64,000 nt of DNA from Neodothiora populina (Eukaryota): positions 2,170,001-2,234,000 of the forward strand of contig NW_027191413.1 in NCBI RefSeq assembly GCF_041146345.1. Direction: 5' to 3'. The notes below the pieces were generated by a model. It had not been told where the DNA came from. It searched no databases and saw only the letters and a list, made by a program, of their open reading frames with translations. The position numbers and the translations under genes are program-made. Positions 1-11,867 of this stretch are shown piece after piece. Every line of letters begins with the position of its first letter. Positions within the stretch are counted from its first letter, which is position 1.

Positions 1-479
1 TAGGCTGTGGCCAGCGATTGCGACTGGGAGGAGTGCTGTCGCTGTGACTGGTGCTGCTGATGATGTTGCTGCTGCTGCTGCTGCTGTTGTTGGTGATGAT
101 GTGGTTGCTGTTGCTGCTGTCGCTGGGAGTGTCTTTGGTTCGACGAAGAAGTGGCAGCGGCTGCAGCAGCGGCAGTAGCACCAGCATTTGATCGTCGATG
201 CCCGGTCAGTGATTGTGGCTGGGATTGTGGTTGTGGTTGAGGTTGAGGTTGAGGTTGTGGTTGTGACTGTGACTGCACAGAGGCAGCGTTGACGTAACCG
301 TTCGAATACGACTTGGAAGACGACGACGACGACGACGACGCCGCATTGGGAGCGTATGAAGCAGCAGCGGCAGCAGCCCCATTGTGGTGGTAGTCGGCCA
401 TGGGAGGGAGATACTGGGACTGAGGATAATACTGGTGGTTGGGCGGTAGAGTGATGGTTGCTGTAGACGGCGTAGACAT
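1..479 (-). CDS. 5' part of a gene running off the window; Q/H/S/A low-complexity N-terminus (MSTPSTATITLPPNHQYYPQ...), possibly a LAMMER/Lkh1-type kinase
   Basis: ATG at 479 opens a stop-free minus frame to the edge with polyQ, QP and polyS tracts. Kinase identity is only from memory of similar N-termini; no kinase domain is visible. Confidence 0.6.
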   Translation of the reverse strand, partial: MSTPSTATITLPPNHQYYPQSQYLPPMADYHHNGAAAAAASYAPNAASSSSSSSSKSYSNGYVNAASVQSQSQPQPQPQPQPQPQSQPQSLTGHRRSNAGATAAAAAAATSSSNQRHSQRQQQQQPHHHQQQQQQQQQHHQQHQSQRQHSSQSQSLATA

Positions 480-3411
480 TGTGCTTATCTCAAGTCTTGG
501 TGGTCGATGTCGATGTTGTCAGAAGCGCTATTGGAGGCAAGACCAGACTTGAGCTGAGCGACTGACAAGACCTCGACAATCGTTGCTTTGGCCCAGTGGC
601 TCTTGATGTCTCTGTTCTGATGTTTGCGTGTCTGTCGTCTGCTCTGGTTGCTCTCAGTCGCTGCCCACGTCTCTGCGTGACTCCCTGCTCTGAACTACTC
701 TCCTCCTCGTCTCTCGCTCACTCTCTGGCTCCTTCTCTCTCTCTCTCTTTAGTCTCCTCGTTTCGCGCGATCAACGAAATACAAGTGCGCAAAGACAAAC
801 GATCCAAAGCGACAGTGGCTCTGGTTTATATTCTGAATGATCCAACCGGGGCCTGTCAGCTACATGGGAAGTCGATGTGTGTGTTGGAATCGCTAATGCG
901 AGAAGGCAATCGTTACACTTCGAGAAAGCAGGAAGATGATTGTCGTCAGTGCAAGCGGAGAGTGGAGAGGACGTAGTGTAGTGTAGACCCGTGATTCGAT
1001 GCAACCGAAAGCCACCGCGCAACCAACAAGATACTCCAATGGAAATGCTCAATGGGCAAAACCTCGGCCTGCTATTGTGCCCGTGTTGCAACAGTGTTGG
1101 AGGGAGGAGACAAAATGATCAAGAGTTTTCAAGGCGCGTGATTGCCATTGGTGAAAGCGCGGATTCACATTATACACACACTGCTGCACAGAACTACAAA
1201 CTACCTGATCAGGAGCCTCGACATTGCTAATTGTGTTGTCTATCACAAGGACCATGTCAAACCGCTGCTGTTGCTGCTACTGCGACTCCATCTCTGCGCT
1301 AGAGTGCAGCTACTGGTAACCGTACTGTACTGTACATCGAGTTCACTGTCATTTTTCCCGCTGTCCTTCGACCCCCTCTGGATGACAGTGAAAGCGTGTT
1401 CAATCGGAAGCAGATGCTCAGCACCGCCCGTATGACGCCGTCTTGCCGCGTGGATCGCCAACACCTGAGCTGAATGAGGCAAGTTGGGTAAAGGATAAGG
1501 GTACCTCAGGGTACGCGACTTGTACACCAGCACAGCAGCTAAAAACAAATCCGCCAGCTCGTTCTCGTCCGTCTCTGTCTGGACTGTCCGACCACTTGAT
1601 TCTAGCCTTGCAGTTCACTGATATGCCCATGTTGATCTTTCCCTCTCTTTCTCTGTTCAGCTGCTTTCTCCCTACAGACATTGGTGCGATAACAACTTCT
1701 GCCTACCATTTCCACCGATGCTCCTGTCTCATTCTAAGACACATGAGCTGCTCCGGACTTTCGGCGGTGCATATGGCTAAGCACCTCAGGTACATGGGGG
1801 GCAAAGCATATTGCACGATGCACCACAGGAAGCTCTTCCATCGCTAAAGATCCCACAATGATCTTCTCTGCCATGCACTAGTTCTCAATTCCCACATAAG
1901 TACTGTATCGCTTACCATGCTTTGCAATCACTGTTCAATATAAAATACACAGATGTCGTGAAAATTGTCAGCCTCATATTCCGCTTGTGCCTTGCAACTG
2001 CTCAGTCGGCATGTGGTCAATGCACCATCATTGCCTTACACAGTCGTCACATGCTGTTCGAGGCTAAGCCAGTAACGCTTTGGCAGCTCTTTTTGCCATT
2101 ATCGATTGTGGCGCTTCAACAACCCGCTCTCGCCTCCAAACCCTTCCCTCCGTGTGGCCGCTGATCCATTTGTCCCAAGTCACTTGGCTGTGTGAAAAGG
2201 CCATTCATCACTTCTGATAGTTGATATTCGCCTTGACTTCCTTAGCACAGCAGGAATGTAATCCTCCCGTTCTAACATAAGCAGATCTTTTCATCACACA
2301 TCACACATCATCGTACTCACATGCTCTTGGCTCCCGTTGGGACTCACTTACCAGTAGTTCAATTTGGCCCTTGACCATCACCTCTTGATAGGCGGCTGTA
2401 CTCGTACACGTGCCAGCATGTTCAAGTACGAGGGATTTTTCGGTGCTGTCTTACCGCTTGTGAACAAAGCCTGATCGCAGGGAGTCTTCAAACAAACTTT
2501 CATGCATCAGTCAGGCCATGGCAACCACTGCTGGGTTGTCTAGGTTGCTATGGCCATCCATCCGGCTGGAGGTTTACCTTTTGCTAAAGGCTCGCGCCCT
2601 GCTATCACTCTGCCTATTGTTTACATCTCATCTGACATGTATGCACCTGTGCGCCTTTGACTACTCGTCTGTAACCCCATCAGCCTCCCCACGAGTCTCA
2701 TGTAATTGTCTCCACAGAAATATAGCATTTGGCGACCCTAGTTGGTAGGCCTGGGCGTTGAATGTGATTCCTGTCGGAGTCAAGACTCGCTAGTGGATGC
2801 TTTAGCCATCTCCTCAAGTCCGCCTGGCGGTTGATTGCTTTCAGGCTACACTCGATGGGAAGTCCCTCGAGATCTTGGTGCCTTGATTGGCAGATCCATT
2901 GTTCTCTCAGACAGAGGATTTCCTCGTCAACACACCAGTGTTGCGTTGAAAGCTCCGTTCTATCCTTCATTCCGCAACTACTCATCCGTGGGATAAATTG
3001 TACTTTGTATTACACGAACAAGGCACTGTAGCTCGTCCGCTCTTACCTCGGCAGGACTTGCCGCATGTCATTACCTTCCCCAGTTGCCCCGGCTGCGGCG
3101 TACTTGTACCTGTAAGAGGTACCGCTCTCGTTACTGCAATCAATATCGGCGTCTGCTGCGTTTGCGACGGACGTCATCTTGCCTGTTCATACTAATACTA
3201 CACCTTGGCATTACTGACAGGTAAGAAGTCCGATCAAAGTGCAATCATATGGTAGATTAGATACATTTGGTGGGAATTATGCAGTGACATAGTTGTTGGC
3301 AGTGTGTCATCCTGCCGACCGCAAGGTGATAACAGCGGCCACATCCTGCTGCTGGCTGTACCATCTCGGTTCGACCAGCGTAGTTGAGACAAGACAAAAG
3401 AGTAAAACACA

Positions 3412-4476
3412 ATGAAGCGACAGCGTTCTGCCTCGTCCGCGGCAAGTCGCAAGGACGATCATGATATCTGGCAGTCGACCAAGATCGAGGACCGCGCGTC
3501 TATCTTCATAGCCTACTTCTCTCCCACAATGCCTCCGAAAGAGCTCCAATCCACCGCGCAGATAAGTGCTGCGTCGCATCGTATGCTTGCGTGGAGAAAA
3601 CCCGGCTCACAGCGCACTCTGCATACCCACTCACGCGCGCTCGAGCTGGGCTCTGACGACGATGGCGAGCAGTACGGGGGCAAGCGCGTGCTCAAGGTCC
3701 TCGAGGAGATGCGTGTCGAAGGCTCGCTTGTCGTGGCTAGATGGTATGGAGGCGTGATGCTCGGCCCCGTTCGGTTCAATCACATCGAGGATGTCGCGAG
3801 GGACGCCGTCCGCGCTTGGCAGCAGCAGGAAGAAAGTGAGGGTGCGAAGCGCAGGAAGGTGACCGAAGAAGCGAACGAAAAGGTGAATCTGGTTCTCGAA
3901 TTGCGAGAGAGAGACCAGAGCATTAAGGTCCTCAGGGGTCTGCTTGAGGATGCGCAGAAGGCGGGCGAGGGGGAGGTCGTCGATGCAATCTCTAAATCGA
4001 GTGCACCAGCGTCTATTTTGACGAGGAAAATCGATTATGCGTCCATGACTCTGGACAGACTGAGACAGATGGACAAGGCGAGAGACAGTACTGTTGCGTT
4101 TCTTCTAAAGAAAATTGATGAGACGGAGAAGCAGCACCAGCAGCAGCAACAGCAGCAACAGACCTTGCAAATTGCTACAGAAGAAGGCAAGAGTGGCGAC
4201 GCGGACCAGCTACAATCATCTCAATCCGCAAAGCCCACTTCCACCGAGAACAAGAATGAGCAGTCTGAAGGTCCGGCTGCTGTAGACACGAAACCGAATC
4301 CGGAAATTGAGGAACGACAATCGTCGCAAGCAGTTGCCGAAACCACGAAGACAGTGGCCTCGATTCCCGAGAACGAGACCGCTGTAAACCTCCAAAGCGA
4401 GGAAGTGGAACCAATTGCAGTCGCACAGGCACAAAAGACACCAGGAGCACAGCAGAACCCCAGCGATCCCGATTGA
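3412..4476 (+). CDS. IMPACT-family (UPF0029) protein without an RWD domain; coiled-coil and acidic/polyQ tail
   Basis: Motifs DRASIFIA, ASHRMLAWR, DDDGEQYGG and VVARWYGGVMLGPVRF are typical of UPF0029. Confidence 0.85.
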   Translation: MKRQRSASSAASRKDDHDIWQSTKIEDRASIFIAYFSPTMPPKELQSTAQISAASHRMLAWRKPGSQRTLHTHSRALELGSDDDGEQYGGKRVLKVLEEMRVEGSLVVARWYGGVMLGPVRFNHIEDVARDAVRAWQQQEESEGAKRRKVTEEANEKVNLVLELRERDQSIKVLRGLLEDAQKAGEGEVVDAISKSSAPASILTRKIDYASMTLDRLRQMDKARDSTVAFLLKKIDETEKQHQQQQQQQQTLQIATEEGKSGDADQLQSSQSAKPTSTENKNEQSEGPAAVDTKPNPEIEERQSSQAVAETTKTVASIPENETAVNLQSEEVEPIAVAQAQKTPGAQQNPSDPD

Positions 4477-5652
4477 ATTTCTTGTGGCGCTCAATGCCTT
4501 CCCTGAGGAAGAAAGTCATAAAGCCAGGTCTCTCATCGACAGAGGCGATCAGAAGGACAACTACGATGGCCCAAGGCAATGATTCACTCTGTATCGCAAA
4601 ACGTCCCAGGAAATGGAAACCAGCTCATTTTCCTGTGCCCTGAGTCACACACCGAACCTTCCCGAGCAACGCAGAGTGTACAGAGCAACACTCCAAGCGA
4701 CGAATACGCCAGTTCCGCCAGCAGTAGCGATGCGGCATCAATCACTCTTCAAAAACCGTCAACAAACTCCATTCAAGATTCAGCACCCGGTCTGTCGAAT
4801 GGCAGCATTATCCCTCAACGTGCTCGAACGAATACAGCGAATATGGAGTCCTAGTCCTCACGACTCATGTTCATAAGCTGTAGTTATCTTCGTGGAAGGA
4901 GACGTGAGAGAAGAAGACGAGTAGAGAAGTGCCGACCTCTGTTTCCCCTCCTGCATGCGGCTACTCCGCTCCCAGACATCACGTATAGTTCGACAGACAG
5001 CCAATCGAGTCCTAGATCAATTTGTACGTGAAAAGGGCGAAACAGGGGGGTAGAGAAGGACTTCTACTCTTGGGATAGGACCACTTGATGGCATTACGAC
5101 TTTTCACTGAACTTAAGGGAGGGAAAGGAAATAGAGAGGAGAGAGGGGACAGGCCAAGGATTAGATAGATCCTTGGGCTCTTGATAGAGAGGATGCATAG
5201 ACAGTCAGGTGTCGACGGTTAGATGGATGCTGGAGATGGAACAATCCTGTGATCGATTCTCTGTAGATGAACAGATAATGTGCAGGGTTCATGTAAGGCA
5301 TGACTCACCTCCTGTGTACTTATACCTGAGCACTGTACCTAGTTACAACTACAACTAAATCAGAGAACAAGAATTCAAGAAAGAGGCTTGTAGAAGACGG
5401 TGGTGGGGGTATCCATAATCTGTATTCTCTGGTTTGGTTGCTATTTGTTACTCATCTCCGATAACGAAACCACCTAATGCCGTGATCCAAGTAACGAGTA
5501 GGTGGCCATGTCAGATCCAGAAACACACGACACTTTCCACAGGGTTCCTCCTTCCCTCCTCGTTGTGAATTTCGCGAAGAGAAATACACCCGTCAGAGCT
5601 GCACTGGCTACGAAAAAGAAGAAAAGCAAAGAGAGACAAGCGACGAACGAGT

Positions 5653-8010
5653 CTAAGGATTATTTCCCCTCTTACCGCCCCTCTTCTTGCGATCAATATG
5701 GCCTCTGAGGATCTTCTTCTGCTCGACCAGACTCCTCTTGCCCTTGCGCTTGGCCTTGCCGAGCGTCATGAGGAAGTTCTTCTTGCGGGCCTTTTCCTTG
5801 TTCGTTGTGCTCTTGCCCTCGCTGATCTTCTTCTCCTTGCGCTTCGCCGTCGACGACAGGTGCTTGCCGTCCTTGTCGCCCCTTGCGAGCGCGATCTTCT
5901 CTTCTTTCGTGGCGCGCGAGGAGAGAGATGCCAGCCCTTCAATGCTCGCTGCTGTTAGCGGGTCGTCTGCGTGACGCGCTGCGGCGGCCGCGGCGGCTTG
6001 TTGGGCGCGTTTGAGCGCGGCCGGACCGAGGACCTTGTTTATTGAGGCGTTGGCTCTGAGTTCTTGCAATTTGGCCAGGTCGGCGGGGGTCAGAATGCGG
6101 GTTGTGGCCAGACGGGAGATTTCGTCGGCGGTCTTCTTGTCGGCGTCTTGGACTGCTGCGGCGGCGCTTGGGGTTGCTGAAGCGTCCTTGTCGTCTGCGG
6201 CGGCCGTCTTGAGCTTTTTGGCTTTGGGCTTGTCGTCTTCGTCGTCGCTGATCTCGATCTCTTCTCCGTCGCTCTCGACGTTGATCCAGCCGCCTGAGTC
6301 GTCGCTGTCGTCGTCTTCGACGTCCCAGTTGTTCCAGCCTGCCTCTTCGTCTGCCTCTGCGTCGTCGTCTTCGTCTTCGTCGCTGCCGACGACGTCCGGG
6401 TCAAGCCCCTTTTCGATTCTGCGCTTTCGTCGCTCTTCTTCCTTGTAGGCTTCTAGCAGTTCGAGACCTTCGATGCCGCCCTCGAGGGTTTCTCCGAATC
6501 TCCGTTCTTTCCGCTCGCCGGTTTGGATGGCGATGGCGGCCTTCTTGCCTCTGTCTCGTTTTCTCAGCAGATCGGCGGCGACCTCACGGTAAAGACCCAG
6601 GAGACCCTTGGCGGCCATCATGACACCCTTGTCTTTGCTCTTCCTGTAGTCGACGAGATCCTGGAGGAGGGCTTCGTTCATGGCGAGGGGTTGCCTAACG
6701 CAGATCTCTCGAATAGCGTTCAGACCTGCAGACGCGACTTCGCCGGCCGCGGACTCCGAGACGAACTCGTTTGCAATCTTCAGCACCAGCGGCTCCAGAG
6801 CGTCTGGCGGCACAAGATCGTGGGTAGACTGTGCGAGAGAAGCCAGGAAGGATGTGACCGAGGGTTGTTTGGGAGTGAGGAACTTGATAAAGTAGGAGTA
6901 GAGGGAAATGAGAGTGAGCTTGTGAAGGCCGACCAAACGCGAGACAAGCTGGAGCACAAGAAGCTTCTGCTCGAGGTTTAGCTTGGCCTTGGGAGCCTGT
7001 GTCTGGAGGTGTTGTTGGAAGAGTCGCTCGGCGAATCCCTGAGGATCATGGAGCAGATGCAGAGCGGAGAAGTTCAAGGGGTGAGGAGCGCCCTTCTTCT
7101 TTTCCTTCTTCTTGACCGTGGCGGCGGCTCTCCTGAGATCGTTGGCCTTCTTCTTGGTCTTCTTGTTGATGCCTGCTTGATGGCGTAGTTTGGCCATGTC
7201 GATGCCGTCGTCCTCGTCGCTGTCTTCTTCCGCAGCCTCCTCGCGCTCCTGGTCACCGCCCAGGAAGAAGCGTACACCACCAGTGATGACCTTTTCGTTC
7301 TGTGACAGAGCAGACTCCTTCATGATCTCGACCGCTTTGGCATCAGTCCAGATCTGCTTCTTCCACAGCTCTCTCGTGAGTTTGACGGCCCAGAGACCCT
7401 TGGGCGAGGTCGGCTCGGAGGTGACCAGGTTGAACAGGACGGTCTGAATGGTGCGGTTCAGCTTGTGGTTGATGGCTTTGTTGTTTGCAGTTCGCATTTC
7501 TGAGAGGATCTTCTGGAACAGGAGGGTGCGAAGACTCTTGCTGGGGGTAGAGACGAGAAGAGGGAAGAGGGTGTTGAGCAGACTGCGGTTCAGCAGAGGT
7601 TAGCGGAGAAGTGACAAGCAGAACAAGCAGCAGAAGACGTACGTGACGGAATCGATGATGTCCTTCTTGCGGAGTAGAACCAGACTGCCCACGATCTTGT
7701 CCCGTAATTCGGCCTCGAGGACAGCATGGTGGAGATTGAGCAGCGTCGTCAAGTCGTCGGGAAAGGTCTTGGTGTCGGCGGGATAACAGTCGGCGACGTG
7801 AGAGACAAAGTCGATGAGATCGCGCAACGAGACTATGCCCTTGTCGTCGGTCGAGGTCGGCGCCTGCATAAAAAGCTGCAGGAATGCCTGGTATTGGCTG
7901 TACTGATTCCGGAAGTCATCTCTGTACGAGGCCGGGTCTCTGCGTATTTTGTATTGTAGATTGGGCAGATCAGCATCCACCTTCTCCAAGGCTCCGACTT
8001 TCCGCTTCAT
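5653..8010 (-). CDS. SDA1: SDA1 60S ribosome biogenesis factor (exons 8010-7643, 7582-5653; 765 aa)
   Basis: MKRKVGALEKVDADLPNLQYKIRRDP start, HPLNFSALHLLHDPQGFAE, KSTTNKEKARKKNFLM. A 60-nt GTACGT...CAG intron keeps the frame. Confidence 0.95.
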
Positions 8011-8352
8011 TGTGGATATCTGTGAGAAAGGGATGAACAGCAATAAATGATGTTTCTTTGATAATGTCGTCGAACCAAAAAGTCGAGACTTTCAGGGCGG
8101 ACTGTTGGCAGAATTATTTCGTTACTTCCTTTTCTGGAATAGTCAATCCCCGCGGAGCCCTCCACCGCCTGCCTGATGTGAGCATTACTCCACTCGAGCG
8201 AGTCCCTTGTACTCGCCTACTAGTAATTCTATCCCCTGATTGAGCGATGCTCACGACTCGAATCGAATTGTTCAGACCAGCTCCACTTGCTGAGATAGCG
8301 AGATTACCTTGTTCTGTGTACCGAAAACAGAAACGCTACAACTACAAACTAA

Positions 8353-8625
8353 ATGCCGCCAACCGTTCTGAGCAGACGAGCAGATGCCGCGTTGACCTGC
8401 GTGGTCTTCAGTCTCATCCTGAACGCACTCTTGAGCTACTCATTGAGTCCAATACGATCAAGTCCAGACTTTTTCGTTTATGTCTTGTTTGGACGCGTAT
8501 CTATTTCCGTATTGTGGGTTCGCCTTCACCAGTGGCTTGCAGGCGAGGATGGCGTTGACCCTTTCATCAACATTGGCATCAACTTGTTAGTGCCATACCT
8601 TGCAGAGGCATACTGGCGAGCTTGA
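8353..8625 (+). CDS. possible small hydrophobic/membrane protein (90 aa)
   Basis: ATG-initiated ORF after an AC-rich leader, divergent from SDA1, with 2-3 hydrophobic segments; no family recognised. Confidence 0.3.
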   Translation: MPPTVLSRRADAALTCVVFSLILNALLSYSLSPIRSSPDFFVYVLFGRVSISVLWVRLHQWLAGEDGVDPFINIGINLLVPYLAEAYWRA

Positions 8626-9745
8626 CCCAATGTGCCGCAGGAAGTACGAAGCTTACATACCCTTTTGCGTTCGGTGATGCATTGCCATCTGAGTCGTGCT
8701 GTGAGCTGCCTAACCCTGTCGGTAGTTGTGTCTCACTTCTACCTGTCCTACCATAAGAAGTTACAACTGAGCGTGCCTTACCGCCCCTCGGTACAACACT
8801 AAGTGAAAGACCAGAATCTATTTACTGCGGACTATCTTGTTTATCGCTGGTTATATCTGGAGTTCGGCGCCAAATCACATGCTTACTTACATGCAGTGGC
8901 ACCGATTCTCCACCTTCGATGGCGTTCAGCTGTTCGGCTGATAATGCATCCTTGTCCAATCATTCGACTCGAATCTTCACCTTACTATCGGACATCCTAG
9001 CTTCTTGGTAACAAAGTACAATTTCACTACATGGCTTGGATCAAGAGTAGTTATAATCAAAAGTCGAAGTCCGCAATAGTATTCGTGGTTCATCGAGCTT
9101 TATCCATATCAGGCAAGATACAGGGCGTCCTGTCACATTGCAAAGTCAAAAAAGCCATCGATGGGGAACCTACAAGTACAGCCCTCTAGCGTGCGGAGGA
9201 TACCTATTGTTGTAACCCACACATGGCGGCCACGGCCCGCATCACCGGCACACCAAGCCACCTTACCATGTTTTGGTCCTTCTCTATGGACCGGCCATCT
9301 GACTTTTAACATCGTCCATGAGGCCTTGAATGAGGCATTGCTATGCAGGTACACTGATCCCAAAATCTCACTCGTGCTACCACCATCCTCCGTCGCAAGG
9401 CATCGTCTATTGCCTACAACAAAAAGTGCGGGGCATGGCGCTCCCTCGATGGATCGTTTTTATCGCTCAGCCTGTGTCTCCATCTCAGCCGCACCCTTTA
9501 GCCCCCAAGATGTCCGATAGCTACCTAGTAGTGCTTAAGTAGGATTGCACCATGCCTTATGGCGGCGGCTACCTCAAAATTTATATATTGTCATTGGCTG
9601 CCTGACTTGAAAAGAGAAACATAAATACACACCTTACCCTCGATGTTTAGTATGCCTTGCACACCATTGTGATCAGCGATATTGTCATCGAGTATCTTGC
9701 CCTCAAATTTCCTCAGGCGAAACATTGAATAACCCTACCGAAATC

Positions 9746-11867
9746 ATGCCTGGCCGTGTCGACGAGCCGGCCGTTCTGCGGAAGCCCAAGAAGCTGATAG
9801 TATGCTGCGACGGTATGTAGATTGATCAATCAGTACAATCCCAAGTCAGCGCTGACGAAAGACTGTAGGAACATGGATGGTACGTCTCTTTGAGAGAGAA
9901 CATTAGTGGCTCCTGCTGACAGCCCATCAAGAACAGTGATTCAGGCTGGGAAAGCATGGGTTGGTTTGGCGGCCAGAAATTGCAGACTCCGTCCAACGTC
10001 ACAAGAATAACTCATGCCATTCCTTGCGAGGATAAGTTCGGCTCTCCTCAGGTAGTCTACTATCAAGCGTAAGCCATTCGCACAACTCATCCCTCCAGAG
10101 GCCACGGCTGATCTTGGACAGCGGAGTCGGGACTGGACTTGGAATAGACGATCAACTCCTAGGTGGAGCGACAGGTATCTACTTCGCCCAAACACCTTGG
10201 TCCCTGGAACCCTCTGAGTGCAACAAGCTGACTTTTGACCCAAGGCTCGGGTCTCGCCGAACACATTCGTGAGGGCTACTCCTTCTTAGCCAATAATTAT
10301 GGCTCAGGAGACCTCATATACCTGCTTGGCTTCTCCAGAGGTGCTTTTACAGCTCGCAGTCTGGCGGGCCTGATAGGTCAGCTTGGCTTATTGAACAAAA
10401 AAGGCCTCGCATATTTCTACGAGATCTTCGAGGATTGGGTTAGTCTTGGGCGTAAAACTGGCTAGCGCATTTCACGCTGACCGTCAAAAGGAACATGCAG
10501 GTGATCCTGACTTTGATGGCCCCCTCTTTCTGAAGAACTATCATGACGAAGTCACTGGCGCACAGTACTCTCTCGACACACCAGCCAATGTGCCCAGCAG
10601 GGCTGTCGAATACCTACGCGAGTATCGGGTACTGCTGCAATCCGTAAGTGGATCCTCTGATGCTCGGAAGACTTGATTATTAACGATTATAGCTCGGTCT
10701 TATGCATAAAGCGCCGGCTCGAGATAACCCAGCCGAAGAGGTACGCATTCAAGCGGTCGCATGTTGGGATACAGTCGGTAAATATCTCTTGCAATCGAGA
10801 GTCTCCAAATGTGAGGCTAACCTGGTTCGCTAGGTGCTCTGGGAATACCGGTCAATCCATTCTTCCAGAAGTTTTTCAAATTGCCAGCATTTCTACGTCT
10901 CAAAAATCTGAGATGGATGGACACCAGCCTGACTGACAACATCATGAACGCCTTCCAAGCACTGGCGCTCGATGAACACCGCGCACCGTTTTCTCCTGCT
11001 GTGTGGGAGAGGCCCGAAGGTTGCAAGACCAACCTCAAGCAAGTGTGGTTTCCCGGAGCACATTCTGGAATTGGCGGCGGATATGATGACACCGGCTCGG
11101 CCGATATCTCCCTCGCATGGATGATGGACCAGCTCGCAGGCCAGTCGTCAACTTCGACATCTCCCAAGGATCCCGAGAAGTGGATCCAATTCGACGATGA
11201 CTTCATTCCGTACCTGCATCAATTGCACAGACTGTGGCACCAGCGGAATCCACCATTCGCGAGCTGGGCCAAGGGCGCTTTGTACAAATCTTTTAAATTT
11301 CCAGTAAGTCTTCTTGGGTGGATAAACCGAACTCCTGGGAGATATCGCCGTCTACATAAGAAAACGCTCAAACCGCAGCACGGTGTCCGTCTCCGCGATA
11401 CGAACGAATTGATTCATGCTTCAGTAAGAGCACGCGTCGATCTGGGCGGCGCTGCTCCAGTGGATAATCCGAAGGATTGGCACATCTGGTCCTCATTGCT
11501 GAACCTTGTGCATACCATTTTGCGACGCACTGGTAAAGAGGTCTACCGACCTGCGGCACTCAAAGGATGGCTGCTCCGCGATGGACATGATTTTCACGAC
11601 GATGTTGCTGTCAACAATGTTCATCTCACGCAACTCAGAGGATCGGCGCCTTGGTACGAGTGGGTGGGCGATGATAAGCATGTCGCTAAGGGAGAACGAT
11701 TGCACGAAGATCACCTAGGGAAATTTGAACTGCAGCTCCTACATCTCGTCACGGGCAAAGAAGAAGCTGAAGACATCGAAGCGAGCAACCGAGGCGCTGA
11801 TAGCACAGCCAATCTTCGACGCATGCAGGAACGGGAAAGAGACGCAAGGCGGTCGGAAACTATATGA
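9746..11867 (+). CDS. DUF2235 / Tle1-like alpha/beta hydrolase (8 exons)
   Basis: Spliced motifs KKLIVCCDGTW, PSNVTRI, VVYYQAGVGT, GFSRGAFTARSLAG, WDTVGALG, FQALALDEHRAPFSP and QVWFPGAHSGIGGG. Seven GT-AG introns: about 9813-9868, 9880-9931, 10069-10121, 10175-10244, 10439-10490, 10644-10692, 10778-10833. Confidence 0.9.
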
